Notes under the pieces: generated by a model
What the model was told of the DNA's origin: nothing
The model's database searches: none
Seen by the model: the letters and a program-made list of their open reading frames with translations, nothing else
Made by a program: the position numbers and the translations under genes
In this document: one piece after another, positions 45,423 through 56,515 of the stretch
Layout of the letters: every line of letters begins with the position of its first letter
Position numbering within the stretch: position 1 is the first letter of the stretch
Source of the DNA: an uncultured Bacteroidota bacterium
GTDB taxonomy: Bacteria; Bacteroidota; Rhodothermia; Rhodothermales; DATKEJ01
Length of the DNA: 64,000 nt
Assembly (NCBI GenBank): GCA_963768715.1
Contig: CAVYJC010000002.1
Coordinates: 272,529-336,528, forward strand
Reading direction: 5' to 3'

Positions 45423-48079
45423 GTGAGGTTTTTCGTCCGTTCTCTGGCCGGTCTGGTCGCGTGCATGGCCCTGGGCGCCGGCATTGCGTCAGGTCAAACG
45501 GGCAAGATTGCCGGTCGCGTCATTGAAGAGGCAACCGGAGATCCCCTCCCCGGCGTAAACGTGATAATCCCGGGCACGCTGCAAGGCAGTACGACCGACG
45601 TCGACGGCTACTATTTCATCCTCAACGTAAAACCGGGTACGTATCCGGTCCGCGCTTCTTTCATCGGCTATTCGGCCGTGACGATCGACGGCGTTAGAGT
45701 GATGATCGACAAGACGGCGACGGCGGATTTCCGTTTGAGTGAGGAAACAGTCGAAGGGCAGGAGGTTGTCGTCGTCGCCCAGCGGCCGTTTGGTAGAAAA
45801 GGACCGAACTTCCACCGCGACATCCGTGTCTGCCGAGCGCTTGCAGGCTCTTCCAGTCCTCACGTTCAACGACGTGATCAATCTGCAGGCCGGCGTTGTG
45901 GAAGGACACTTCCGAGGCGGCCGAACGGGCGAAGTCTCGTATCTGGTCGACGGCGTCCCCATCAACGACGTCTATGATCAGACCTACTCCTACCAGGTGG
46001 AAAACAACGCGATACAGGAGATACAGGTCATTACGGGCACGTTCAATGCGGAATACGGGCAGGCCCAGTCCGGGATCGTGAACATCGTCACGAAGGATGG
46101 GGGCCGACTCGTATCGCGGCACGTTCAGTGCGTACGGCGGCGACTACGCCAGCACAAATACCGATCTTTTCACGCAGATCGACGATGTATCGCCGAAAGG
46201 GACTTATGAGCTCCAGGGATCAGTGGGAGGTCCGGTACTAAACGATCGTCTGACGTTCTTCGCCTCCGGCAGATACTGGCACGACGACGGCTATTTGTAC
46301 GGCCGGCGCGTCGTCAAGCCGGTTACGGCCGGACCCGGCGAGGGCCAGGTGGTGACGGTCGATGGCAGGCAGGTGTTCGTCCCGGCATTGGGAGACAGCT
46401 CGTACGCCTCGATGAACTGGAGAGATCAGTGGACAGGGAGCCTCAAGTTTTCCGCGCGACCACACGCCGGCACGCGCCTGACGGTGTCGTTCCTGACTCA
46501 GGAGGACAAAGGGCAGGACTACGACCACTACTTCCGTTACAACCCAGACGGCATTCCGACGACGTACGGTACTTCCCGATCGATCACAACGACGTTGAGC
46601 CACTTCCTCAGTGGACGCAGTTTCGTCGAGATCAAGGGGGCGTACTTCACCAATGAGGTCGACACGCATCTGTACGAAGATCCGCTCGACCCGCGCTGGC
46701 CGGCAGACGATGCCATTCGAACACTCGGTGGAAACTTCGCGTTCGTCCGCGGCGGTGCGCGCATGGAGCACTTCGCGCGAACGACCAAGACTCGCGTTGT
46801 GAGCATGAACTTCACGAGCCAGGTCACGCGACAGCATCAGATCAAGACAGGCTTTGAACTCAAAGGTCACAGCCTGGACGTCGACCAGTTCGACGTCCTA
46901 AATAACTCCTCGACGAATTTCCAGCCCGCCATCCCCGAGGCGGGAACACCCGCCCACGTACGGGTCTCGGCGGATCCGATCGAACTGGGCGCCTTCGCGC
47001 AGGCCAAGATGGAGTTCGACTTCATGATCATGAACCTCGGCGTTCGGCTCGACTACTTCGACGCGAAGGGAGACGTACTCCAGGACTTCGGTCGACCGCA
47101 GACGTCCGAACGCGTGCCTTCCAGCGCGAAATGGCAGCTCTCTCCGCGCTTCGGCCTCGCCTACCCGCTGTCGGAGCAGGGCGTCGTCCACATCTCGTAC
47201 GGGCATTTCTTCCAGATGCCTCCGTTCGAGTATCTCTACACCAACTCGGATTACATTTACGACCCTGAAGAGGGCGTGGGCCGGGCGTTCGGCTTCGCCG
47301 ATCTTGAACCGCAGGAAACCGTCGCTTACGAAATCGGACTGCAGCAGGCTTTCACCGAGACGTTTGGCGCCGACTTCACGGCCTACTTCAAAGACATTCG
47401 AAATCTTCTCGGAACGCGTCTTGAGGTCATTGAGCCGGGCTTCAACGAGCCGTTCCCACTCGAGAAGTACGGCCGATACGTGAATCGTGATTATGGGCAG
47501 GTTCGAGGATTCACGGTCTCGTTCGAGAAACGAATGTCCCAAGGGTTTGCTCTCGACATAGATTACACCTTCCAGATCGCCGAAGGGAATGCCAGCGATC
47601 CTCGATCGGTGTTGCTTGACGAAGAACAAGGGATCGAATCGGAAAAGCAGCTCGTCCCGCTCGATTGGGATCGTCGTCATCAACTGATTACGAGCTTCAC
47701 GGTCGGAGAGCCCGGCAACTGGCTGGCCACAATAAACGGACGGCTCGGCTCAGGCCTGCCCTACACGCCCTCCCTGGCAGACGAACGGATCGGACTGGAG
47801 AATTCCGCCAGAAGAAAGGGAGACGTATCCTTCGATTTGTTCGCAACGAAGGAAGTCAAACTGGGAGGCCTGCCGATTTCGGTCTTTACGCGCGTCTTCA
47901 ACCTCCTCGATACGCGGAATGAGATCGACATCTACTCCGATACCGGACGCGCCTTCCCGAATCTGAGATTTCAGCCCGGCGAACCGCAGGGATTGAACAC
48001 CAAAGACGAATACCTGAGAAGGCCCGATTTCTACTCGGCGCCTCGACAGGTCACAATCGGCCTTTCGCTTACGATATAA
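45423..48079 (+). CDS. TonB-dependent receptor with carboxypeptidase-regulatory-like domain (triad copy B), interrupted by two homopolymer frameshifts
   Basis: The reading runs through ORFs 45345..45977, 45739..46209 and 46097..48079. Likely GTG start at 45423 (VRFFVRSLAGLVACMALGAGIASGQ) with AAGGA 8 nt upstream. Frame changes at T-run 45789-45791 and G-run 46099-46103. Collinear with 10544..13267 (e.g. NDVINLQAGVVEGHFRGGRTGEVSYLVDGVPINDVYD). Ends ...VTIGLSLTI. Confidence 0.8.
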
Positions 48080-48084
48080 GTTCG

Positions 48085-51000
48085 ATGAGGAGCATCCTTC
48101 TGTCATTCTTACTTGCGCTTGCAACGACCGGGATCGCCGCTGCCCAGCGGATCCCGGATCCGAAGCAGGGCAACCCACGCCTCACGCAGTGGGGCGTGCT
48201 GGACGGCAACCGGGTCAGGACGCTCTTCGCCAACCACGGAGAAATCGCCCGGTGGCCCGATCAACCGTCCGGCGAATGGCCGAAAGGAAGTGGACACTCC
48301 TACGTCGACGGCGTTGCGTTCATCGTTTCCGTTAAGACGAAAGACGGCCTTGGAAACACAATAAAGCCACAAGCTACTAATTATAGAGAGTTTATAGATC
48401 GCGATCCGACGACCTCCGAGGTATGGGGCTGGGCGCCTGTGCCCGGATATTCCAATCCCCGCCAGGAGTCACCGGCACGCAGTGACGATCCGAGTACCTG
48501 GCCGAGCGAATGGCCGGATCGACCCATCGACTGGGCGGGCCAGTGGAACGGCTTCTTCGGCCGGGGCGTGGAGAACGCGGACGTCGAAACCTACTTCGTG
48601 TTCGACGACAGCCCCGACAGGGAGTGGACCGGCCCGAACCACAAGTTCTTTCCCTGCGCAGGAGATACGTCGCGGGGCGGGATTGGGATCGAAGTCGCCG
48701 CGCGCGGCTTTCAATGGAGCCACCCGCTCGCACAGGATGTGATCTTCTGGCTTTACGAAATCACGAACGAATGCGACGTCGACTACGACAACGTCTTCTT
48801 CTCGCAGTACATCGACTGGGGCGTCGGCGGAACCGACGACTCGGGTGACGACGAAGGCGCGTACAACACGAAGCTCGACCTCGCATTCGCCTGGGACTTC
48901 GACGGTGACGGGACGCCTGCCCGCTGGAGCCCGGTCGGGACGGCCGGATATGCCTTCCTCGAATCGCCCGGCAATTCAACGGATGGTGTAGACAACGACC
49001 AGGACGGCATAACCGATGAACGCCGCGACAGCGGGCCCGGACAGCTCATCGAGGGGAAGGATGCTATCCTTGCCTACGCACAGGCCAACTACAACCTGGA
49101 CGACTTCAACACCTTCTTCCTCGGAATCGAACAGCGACCGGCGTATCTCGCCGGACGATGGTGGACCGGCGACGAGGAAATGGACTGGGTGGGATACTCG
49201 GACGTGAACGGAAACGGCGTCTGGGACGTTGACGAGCCAGCTCAATGACGATGTGGGGGAAGACGGCCTCTCCCCGACTTCTCCCAATTATCCTGGTCGG
49301 GACGTCGGCGAGGGCGACGGTCAGCCGACGTCGGGTGAGCCCAATTTCGACAAACTCGACAAAGACGAGTCCGATCAAATCGGCCTGACCGGGTTTGCTG
49401 TCTTCAATGTCCACGATTACGAATTGCTCGACGACGCCCAGAACTATGACATCTTCTCGCGGGCGCTTCCGCCCTTCGAGGACATCTTGCTGGAAGGCGG
49501 CCGCAACCTGGGCATGTTCTTTTCGTCGGGGCCGTTTCCGTTGAAGGCGGGGCAGACCGAACGTTTCTCGATGGCTCTTTTGTTTGCCAACAAGGACTTC
49601 ACGGATCCGACCAACATCGCCAACTCGGCGCTGGCTCGAAAGAAGGAGACGGTACAGCAGATCTACAACGCGGACTATCGTTTCGCCCGGCCTCCGAACA
49701 AGCCCACGCTGACGGTCATCCCCGGCGACAACCAGGTGACCCTCACCTGGGACGACGTCGCAGAAAGATCGTTCGACCCCTTCCTCAGAGAGTTCGATTT
49801 CGAAGGGTACATGATCTTCCGATCGACCGAGCCGAATTTCGAGGAAAACCTCAGCATTACAGACGCTTTCGGAAATCTGATCTTCCAGAAGCCCATTGCA
49901 CAGTATGACCTGGTAAACGGACTCCGCGGCCCGCATCCGGTAGGCGTAAACGGGGTCCAATTCAATCTCGGAACCGACAGTGGGCTGAAACACACGTTCA
50001 TCGACCGCGACGTCCGGAACGGACAGACCTACTACTATGCCGTCGTGGCCTATGACCGCGGCTTGGTCGCGCGCAACGCAGACAGTACCGTTGTGACTAC
50101 GCCAGACGGCATGGTCCGCGGGCTGGCCCCGAGTCTCACGACGGCGATTATCAAGAATGATGTGGCGGGCAATGTCGTGGCCGACATCAACACGGGCTTT
50201 GCCGTTCCGAGGGCGCCGGCCGCCGGGTATGTCGGTCCCCAACTCGAGAACATGGTACAGTCGGTGCGCGGAACGGGAAACGTGGACGTAGAGATCGTCG
50301 CGCCGGGACTCGTGACCCAGTCGGCCGACTACGAGCTGGATTTTGAGAATCCCTCGCTCTGGCAGAACGAGGGAGACGTCACCTACGCACTGGTGAACAA
50401 GACCACCGGAACGACGGTCGACTCGGGTCCGATCACAAACGGAAACGCGGAGATCGCTCCGTTCGAGGGCTTTGTGGTGAATATCGAGTCCGCAACATCC
50501 GTGACCGTATCCGATGCCACTACGCGACTAACGGATGACGCCACCACGTTTCGAGCGGTCGTCAAACCTGCCTCCAAGATTCCTCTCGTGCAGTCACGAT
50601 TCGTTGCGATTCCGGATGACTTCGTGCTGCATTTCACCGACACGATCTCAGACACGTCTCTGGTTCTTGGATTCGGCATGCGAGCCATCCCGACACCGTT
50701 TTATATAGAGAATGCGGCGGGTGTACGCCAGCCGTTTATCGTGACGGAGGACGATGCGGACCTCCGCAACGGCCAGTACGACCACGGGGAGATGATCATC
50801 CTCGTCGCGGGTATCGAACCCGGTCTGCCCCCGGTACGGGACGCAGGCGCCTGGCGGGCGTCATGGGCGATCCAGCTCGTGCCGCCTGATCCTGTGCTCG
50901 AACCGGATTTACCTTTGATTCCGCCCGTGCCTGGATCCCGGCTCGAATTCGAAACGACCAAACCCTTTCAGACGGGCGATCGCGTCACATTCACGACGCA

Positions 51001-51352
51001 TCCGCCGTTCCTCGATGAGGCACAGGAAGCCAAGGACCTGGAGAATATCTTCGTCGTTCCCAATCCGTACGTAGCTACCAGCGAGTTCGAGCCGCCCAAC
51101 ACCTACAGAGCCGGTCGCGGGGAGCGCCGCATCTATTTCATGCATCTGCCGCGCCAGTGCACGATCCGGATCTACACGATTTCGGGTCAGCTCGTCCAGA
51201 CGCTGCAACACGAGTCGAGCATCGACGACGGACAATTGTCGTGGGATCTCGTGCAGCGCGACGGCATGACGATCTCATACGGGATCTATCTGTACCACGT
51301 CGACGCGCCGGGCGTGGGTGAATTTGTGGGACGATTCGGGGTGATTAAATGA
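48085..51352 (+). CDS. Giant secreted protein with Asp-rich motifs and T9SS-type CTD (triad copy B), one frameshift near 49232-49245
   Basis: ORFs 48085..49248 and 49229..51352. Signal peptide MRSILLSFLLALATTGIAAAQ. Collinear with 6900..10532 (GVDNDQDGITDE, GEGDGQPTSGEPNFDKLDKDESDQIGL, YRFARPPNKPTLTVIPGDNQVTLTW). CTD VVPNPY...GRGERRIYFMHLPRQCTIRIYTISGQLV...GIYLYHVDAPG...GRFGVIK. Confidence 0.8.
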
Positions 51353-51761
51353 GACGGTGGACTGAACATATCGCCCTCAGTTACAAATCCGACGTCACGG
51401 CGCTGGCCCCGTTGTGCCCTCCTGGAGCCGCAATAACCGCCCTGGGCCTGACCCCGATGGGCCCCGACGGAGCCGGGACAACCACCCCGGGCTTCAGCCT
51501 GGGGGGGCAGGTTGCGAATTCTAGTACCTCCGTCTTGGGGCTGCAGCCTCAAATATCTTTTGCGGCGCCGTTACCCCGTGATGAGGACCACCCCCGGCTG
51601 CGCACTCCTTCGTCGCGCTTAGACCGCCCCCTCCAGAGGGGGACAGCGGGGTACCAAACGGATGGCCGCCCTGCCCTTCGCGGGGATCGAGAGCTATCAA
51701 ATCGGCCTACCTCTCGGCCGCGGACACCCGCCTGTTTCAAACGGATGACCGCCTTGGCTCA
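51353..51761. other. 409-bp non-coding, hairpin-rich spacer between the giant gene and the PorV-like gene of triad B (the equivalent gap in triad A is 7 nt)
   Basis: GC-rich hairpins CCCCGGGC ttca GCCTGGGG (51485..51504) and CCCCCT ccag AGGGGG (51627..51642). Direct repeat CAAACGGATGRCCGCC at ~51655 and ~51735. No convincing ORF. Confidence 0.7.
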
Positions 51762-52766
51762 TTGATCCTGCTTCTGGCGACCTTGTTCTCCACCGTCGCC
51801 TCCGCCCAGGGCGTCTCAAAAGTCGGCACGACTTCGGCCGATTTCCTACAGATTGACGTCGGACCCCGGGCCGTTGCCATGGGCGGCGCCTTTGTGGCTG
51901 CGGCGAACGATGCGTCATCGCTCTATTGGAATCCGGCCGGCCTCGCCAACATGAAGGACAGTGAGCTCATCGCAGCGCACTCGGAGTGGCTCGGCGATCT
52001 CAACTTCGACTATCTCGGTGTCGCACTGAACATGGGCGTCGCCGGCGTCGCGGGCGTTTCTGTGACCATGCTGTCCATGCCCGACATGCTTGTGCGTACT
52101 GTCGATCGACAGGAGGGCACCGGGGAGACCTACGACGCGGCCGATATGGCACTCGGATTGTCTTACGGGAAAGCGGTGACCGATCGTTTCTCGATAGGCT
52201 TGACCGCGAAATACATCCGACAGCGAATCTGGCACTCCGCTGCAACGGGGATGGCGCTGGACATCGGGACTCAGTTTCGAACCGAATTCGCGGGTGGCCT
52301 GGTTATCGGAGCGACGATTTCCAACTTCGGCACCGACATGAAGCTCAATGGTCGAGATCTGCGTACGTTCGTCGATCCGGATCCGAGCCAGCTCGGCAAC
52401 AACAACCGTATTCCCGTCAATTACGAACTCGACACACACAAACTGCCGCTCAATTTCCAGTTCGGCGTTAGCACAAACCCGATCAATTCGCGAATGCACC
52501 GGGTCACGCTGAATGCCGACGCGATCCACCCCAATTCGAACAATGAAAGCCTGAATCTGGGCGCAGAGTACTGCTTCCAGGAACGAATTTTCTTTAGAGG
52601 GGGGTATCGGGGCCTCTTTCTGGATGGAACCGAGGGGGGCATTTCCGGAGGATTGGCTGTACACCAGGCACTCTTCGAGGGCGGCCTTGCCAAACTAGAC
52701 TACGCGTTCCGCAGCGGAGGACGTCTCGGAGACGTCCACGTGGTCGGGTTTGGCCTTACGTTCTAA
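51762..52766 (+). CDS. PorV/PorQ-family outer-membrane beta-barrel (triad copy B)
   Basis: 334 aa. GVSKVGTTSADFLQIDVGPRAVAMGGAFVAAANDASSLYWNPAGL. Ends ...VVGFGLTF. The track start is a TTG; an ATG at 51745 (MTALAH*) sits in another frame, so the N-terminus may carry another indel. Confidence 0.75.
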   Translation: MILLLATLFSTVASAQGVSKVGTTSADFLQIDVGPRAVAMGGAFVAAANDASSLYWNPAGLANMKDSELIAAHSEWLGDLNFDYLGVALNMGVAGVAGVSVTMLSMPDMLVRTVDRQEGTGETYDAADMALGLSYGKAVTDRFSIGLTAKYIRQRIWHSAATGMALDIGTQFRTEFAGGLVIGATISNFGTDMKLNGRDLRTFVDPDPSQLGNNNRIPVNYELDTHKLPLNFQFGVSTNPINSRMHRVTLNADAIHPNSNNESLNLGAEYCFQERIFFRGGYRGLFLDGTEGGISGGLAVHQALFEGGLAKLDYAFRSGGRLGDVHVVGFGLTF

Positions 52767-52769
52767 ACC

Positions 52770-54069
52770 GTGGCAAACTGGACCCTCATTCTGCTCCTGG
52801 TGGCGTTCACCGGTTGCGCACGATCCGAACGCCGGGAGAGCACGGGGACGAGCAATGAGGTCGAACTGACCTACTGGTCCTCGCAGAATCCGAGTGAGAG
52901 GAAGTTGGCCCAGGTCCTGGTCGAGGAGTGGAACGCCGAGCATCCGCACATCCAGGTGCGTATGCAGCCACTGCCGGCGGGTCGATCGAGCGAGGAAGTT
53001 CTTCTGGCCGCCATCGCTGCCGGAACGACGCCGGACATCTGTTCGAACGTCTGGCCAGGCATCGTCGAGGATCTCGTCCGCGCCAATGCGGTCGTGCCGC
53101 TCGACCGATTCGCCGACTTCGACTCGCTTGCCGCCGCACGGTATCCGGAAGGGACCTTGAAGCGCTTCGAGGCGATCGACGGCGTCAGCTATCAGATTCC
53201 GTGGAAGACCAATCCGATCATGATGCTCTATAACCGCAAGCTCTTCCGGGAAGCGGGCATCGACCACACCTCCAAAAACCTACAGCGAGTACCTGGCGGC
53301 CGCCGAGCGCATCAGCAAGGACCTGAACGGCGACGGTCAGTTCGACCGATGGATAGGCTATCGCGACATCCGACCCGTCTGGCACGAACGACGCTTCGAT
53401 TATTTTGCCTTCTACGTGGGCGCCTCCGGCGGCAGGACCTTCTTCGACAACGGCGAGCTTGCTGTCGACACGGTGGCCTCCGACAAGGTATTCCACTTCT
53501 TCAGAGACCTTTACAAAGGAGGCTACTTTCCTCTGACGACCTTCCAGGGGAGTCCCGTCTTGAGCGGAAAGATCGCGACCGAGTTTACGGGTCCGTGGCA
53601 ATTGCGCTGGCTCAAGGACAATGCTCCGCCGGATTTCGAATATGGATTTGCGCCGCTGCCGCATCCCGACGACGTGCCCGAAAACCTCTTCACCTTCGGG
53701 GATTTCAAGAGCATCACGATTTTCAGCACGACGGAGCACCCGAACGAATCCTGGGCGTTTGCGAAATACCTCGTCAGCCGAGAGGCCGATTTACGGCTAC
53801 TCGAAATTGGAGGTCAGATTCCGGTCCGCAAGGCGCTACTGACCGACTCGCTCTTTGCTGATTTCTTTGAGCGAGAGCCGGGAATGAAGCCGTTTGCGCT
53901 GGCCGCACCCTACAGCCGGGGCGTCGACAGCATCTCTTCGCTTCAGGAACTGCTCGATGCCGTGGCACAGCAGTTCGAGGCGGGGTCCGTCTACGGGATC
54001 TATCCCTCAGAGGAAGCCACCCGGAAGATGATCGCCCGCATGAAGCTGATCAGGGAGTGGGAGTCATGA
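52770..54069 (+). CDS. ABC transporter extracellular sugar-binding lipoprotein (CUT1), one frameshift at A-run 53274-53278
   Basis: ORFs 52770..53861 (real only up to ~53270) and 53416..54069. GTG start and lipobox LLLVAFTGCARS. Deleting one A from ccaaaaacc restores ...GIDHTSKTYSEYLAAAERISKDLNGDGQFD..., collinear with the locus-A SBP (...PETFDDFLKMAKDLTVDTDGDGRPD...). Confidence 0.8.
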
Positions 54070-54962
54070 ATCTCGCCCTGACAAACCCATTTCGACGCAA
54101 ACATTCCAAGTCGCGCACCGGCATCCTGTTCGCGGCACCCTACCTGGTCCACCTCCTCCTCTTCTTCGGCTATCCGTTCATCTTCGCGTTCGTACTCATC
54201 TTCCATCGCTGGGACATCGTGACCGACATGGAGTTTGCCGGTCTGAAGAACGTAGTAAGGCTGCTGGGCGACGACGTCTTCTTTCAGGCACTTTTCAACA
54301 CGGGTTTCTTCCTCACCATCCACATCCCGCTTCAAATCGCCGCCGCCCTGTTTTTCGCGTCGCTGCTCAATACAAAGCTCAAAGGGCGCGGACTCTTCCG
54401 AACCATATACTTCCTCCCCGTCGTGGTATCGGGCGTCGTCGTCACGATCCTCTTCCAACAGCTTTTCGCCTTCGACACGGGCTTTGTCAACGCCGTGCTT
54501 TCTTCGCTCGGCGGAAAGCGGGTTCCCTGGCTGGTCTCGCCGCAGTGGGCGATGCCGTCCATTGCGCTGATGGCCACGTGGAAGAACGTCGGACTCTACG
54601 TCATCCTCTTCCTGGCCGGATTGCAGGACATCCCTGAATCACTGTACGAAGTGGCTCAAATTGACGGCGCCAATGCCTGGCAGCAGTGGCGGAACATCAC
54701 GTTGCCCATGCTCAATCCGATGATGGTGACGGTCGTCGTGCTTTCGACCATCGGGGGATTCTCCCTGTTCATCGAGCCGTACGTGCTCACGGGCGGCGGA
54801 CCGTTGAACTCCACGATTTCCGGGCTCCTCTACATCTACAATCAGGCCTTCTATTTCAACCACATGGGCTACGCCGCCACGCTGGGGATATTCTTCGCGA
54901 TCGTGATCATGGTCGTCGTGCTCCTGCAGCGAAAGTTCGTCGAGACGGAGGCGTACGAATAG
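54066..54962 (+). CDS. Carbohydrate ABC transporter permease (MalF-like)
   Basis: ORF 54057..54962. The ATG at 54066 overlaps the SBP stop (ATGA). EAA loop YEVAQIDGANAWQQWRNITLPMLNPMM. Confidence 0.85.
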   Translation: MNLALTNPFRRKHSKSRTGILFAAPYLVHLLLFFGYPFIFAFVLIFHRWDIVTDMEFAGLKNVVRLLGDDVFFQALFNTGFFLTIHIPLQIAAALFFASLLNTKLKGRGLFRTIYFLPVVVSGVVVTILFQQLFAFDTGFVNAVLSSLGGKRVPWLVSPQWAMPSIALMATWKNVGLYVILFLAGLQDIPESLYEVAQIDGANAWQQWRNITLPMLNPMMVTVVVLSTIGGFSLFIEPYVLTGGGPLNSTISGLLYIYNQAFYFNHMGYAATLGIFFAIVIMVVVLLQRKFVETEAYE

Positions 54963-54963
54963 C

Positions 54964-55794
54964 ATGTCTAGAAATCGGATGTCCCTTCCCCGCCTGCTCG
55001 CATACCTCGCCCTCGTGCTCGGCGCCGTGGTCTTCGCCTATCCGTTTATCTGGATGGCCCTCGCCACGCTGAAGCCTGAGGTCGAGCTCAGCAATTTGAA
55101 TGTCTTTCCGAGGCAGTGGTCCCTCGAAAGCTACGCTGTCGTCTTTCGGAATATCCCCATCGAACGTGCGTTCCTGAACAGCGCCGTCCTTGCCCTCTTC
55201 GTCACGACCTCGGCGCTCGTCTTCGGATCGATGGCCAGCTACTCGCTCTCCAAGCTGAAATGGAAGGGGCGAGACGCAGTCTTCACGCTGATACTGTTCA
55301 CGATGATGGTCCCGTTCCTCGTGCTCTTGATCCCCCTGTACACGCTGGTCGTCCGTTTCGGCTGGACCGACTCACTGGCCGGACTGGCCATCCCGTTCAT
55401 GATGAACGCGACGGTCGTGCTCATCCTTCGCCAGAGCTTCCTCAGCATACCCCAGGATCTTCTCGACGCGGCAAGAATCGACGGTTCGGGGGAGCTGAGA
55501 ATCCTGTTCACGATCGTTTGGCCGCTCTCCGTTCCGGCCCTCGTCACGGCGGGAATCATCGTGTTTCTCGGAAACTGGAACGAGGTGCTCTGGCCGCTCA
55601 TGGTGGTACGAGAGGAGCACTGGATGACCATGCCGCAAATGGTGACCCTGTTTTCCGTCGGCGGAGGAGCCGAGGGCAAGCTGGGGCCGCGACTCGCTGC
55701 CGCCCTGCTGCTGGCGCTGCCGGTGATCGTCGCCTACATGCTCTTCCAGAAACGGTTTATATCGAGCCTCGCATCAACGGGATTGAAGGGATGA
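54964..55794 (+). CDS. Carbohydrate ABC transporter permease (MalG-like)
   Basis: 276 aa with EAA loop LDAARIDGSGELRILFTIVWPLSVPAL. Confidence 0.85.
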   Translation: MSRNRMSLPRLLAYLALVLGAVVFAYPFIWMALATLKPEVELSNLNVFPRQWSLESYAVVFRNIPIERAFLNSAVLALFVTTSALVFGSMASYSLSKLKWKGRDAVFTLILFTMMVPFLVLLIPLYTLVVRFGWTDSLAGLAIPFMMNATVVLILRQSFLSIPQDLLDAARIDGSGELRILFTIVWPLSVPALVTAGIIVFLGNWNEVLWPLMVVREEHWMTMPQMVTLFSVGGGAEGKLGPRLAAALLLALPVIVAYMLFQKRFISSLASTGLKG

Positions 55795-55827
55795 AGATGG
55801 CAGATGGAAGATGGAAGATGGAAGACT
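55793..55827. repeat. Tandem heptamers GMAGATG x5 starting within the permease stop codon
   Basis: gaagatg gcagatg gaagatg gaagatg gaagact. Confidence 0.9.
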
Positions 55828-56515
55828 TGTCCCGAGCGAGCGAGCAGACATCGCTGATATGCTCTCCCTGTGGATCGAGCGACGAGGGATGGCAGATGGC
55901 GAGGTAGCCACCCGGGCTTTAGCCCGGCGAGGCAGGCAGCGAATCCGAGGGAGTTCCTCGTGGGGCTGAAGACCAAGAAATATGTTTGGCCGCCGATGGG
56001 AGCCGTCTCGGGAGCCCGTGAAGGAAACAGTGAGACGCAAACAACTTACGGTCCCCCCTGAGGGGGCAGGCTGGATCCCGAACACAGTTCGGAGGAAGCC
56101 GGGGGGTGGATCCGCTGCAAAATCTCACGACTATCCGACATCCACCCCTCCCCGCTCCGCGGGCTCCCCAAGGGAACCGGACACGTCTACTATTCCCTCC
56201 GAGCCGGGCTTCAGCCCAGCGAGGCGGGCGGCCCCACAGAGTCTGGCCCAACATCCGCACTTCGCACGGCCGTAAACAGCCGTGCTACAAGGAGATCCCG
56301 CCCTGCTGCCGCAGGGCTGCGTGGTAGCGCGATTCTCAAGCCCGCCCTCCTTATTCGTCCACATCTGAGCCCGCTTCAGCGGGCGTGTCACTGCTCTAGC
56401 ACGGGGATTTATTCCCGTGCGGGCTGATCGAGGCGCTGTCTCGCCGACGAAGTCCGCCGCAAAACGGGTATTTCGGACTTTTGGGACAGCCCCTGGCTGC
56501 CCAATTCGACGCAGA
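55828..56515. other. ~690-bp non-coding spacer packed with short GC-rich hairpins (REP-like)
   Basis: CCGGGC ttta GCCCGG (55912..55927), CCCCC tga GGGGG (56054..56066), CCGGGC ttca GCCCAG (56204..56219), GCCCTGC tgcc GCAGGGC (56300..56317), GCCCGC ttca GCGGGC (56369..56384), GCACGGG...CCCGTGC (56399..56420). ORFs here are Pro/Arg/Gly-rich and overlap each other. Confidence 0.7.

Noticed and set aside
45786-46103. Programmed ribosomal frameshifting or transcriptional slippage to explain the split TonB-dependent receptor B.
   Set aside because: Two independent shifts occur at plain homopolymers (TTT, GGGGG) without slippery heptamers or downstream structures. Similar indels hit many unrelated genes, so sequencing or assembly indels (or decay) are the simpler explanation.
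55116-55907. 263-aa plus-strand ORF overlapping the second permease and the heptamer tract.
   Set aside because: It is out of frame with a permease that has a clear EAA loop and TM pattern. Its translation is Arg/Pro/Gly-rich (RRGKNRRFGGAENPVHDRLAALRSGPRHGG...).
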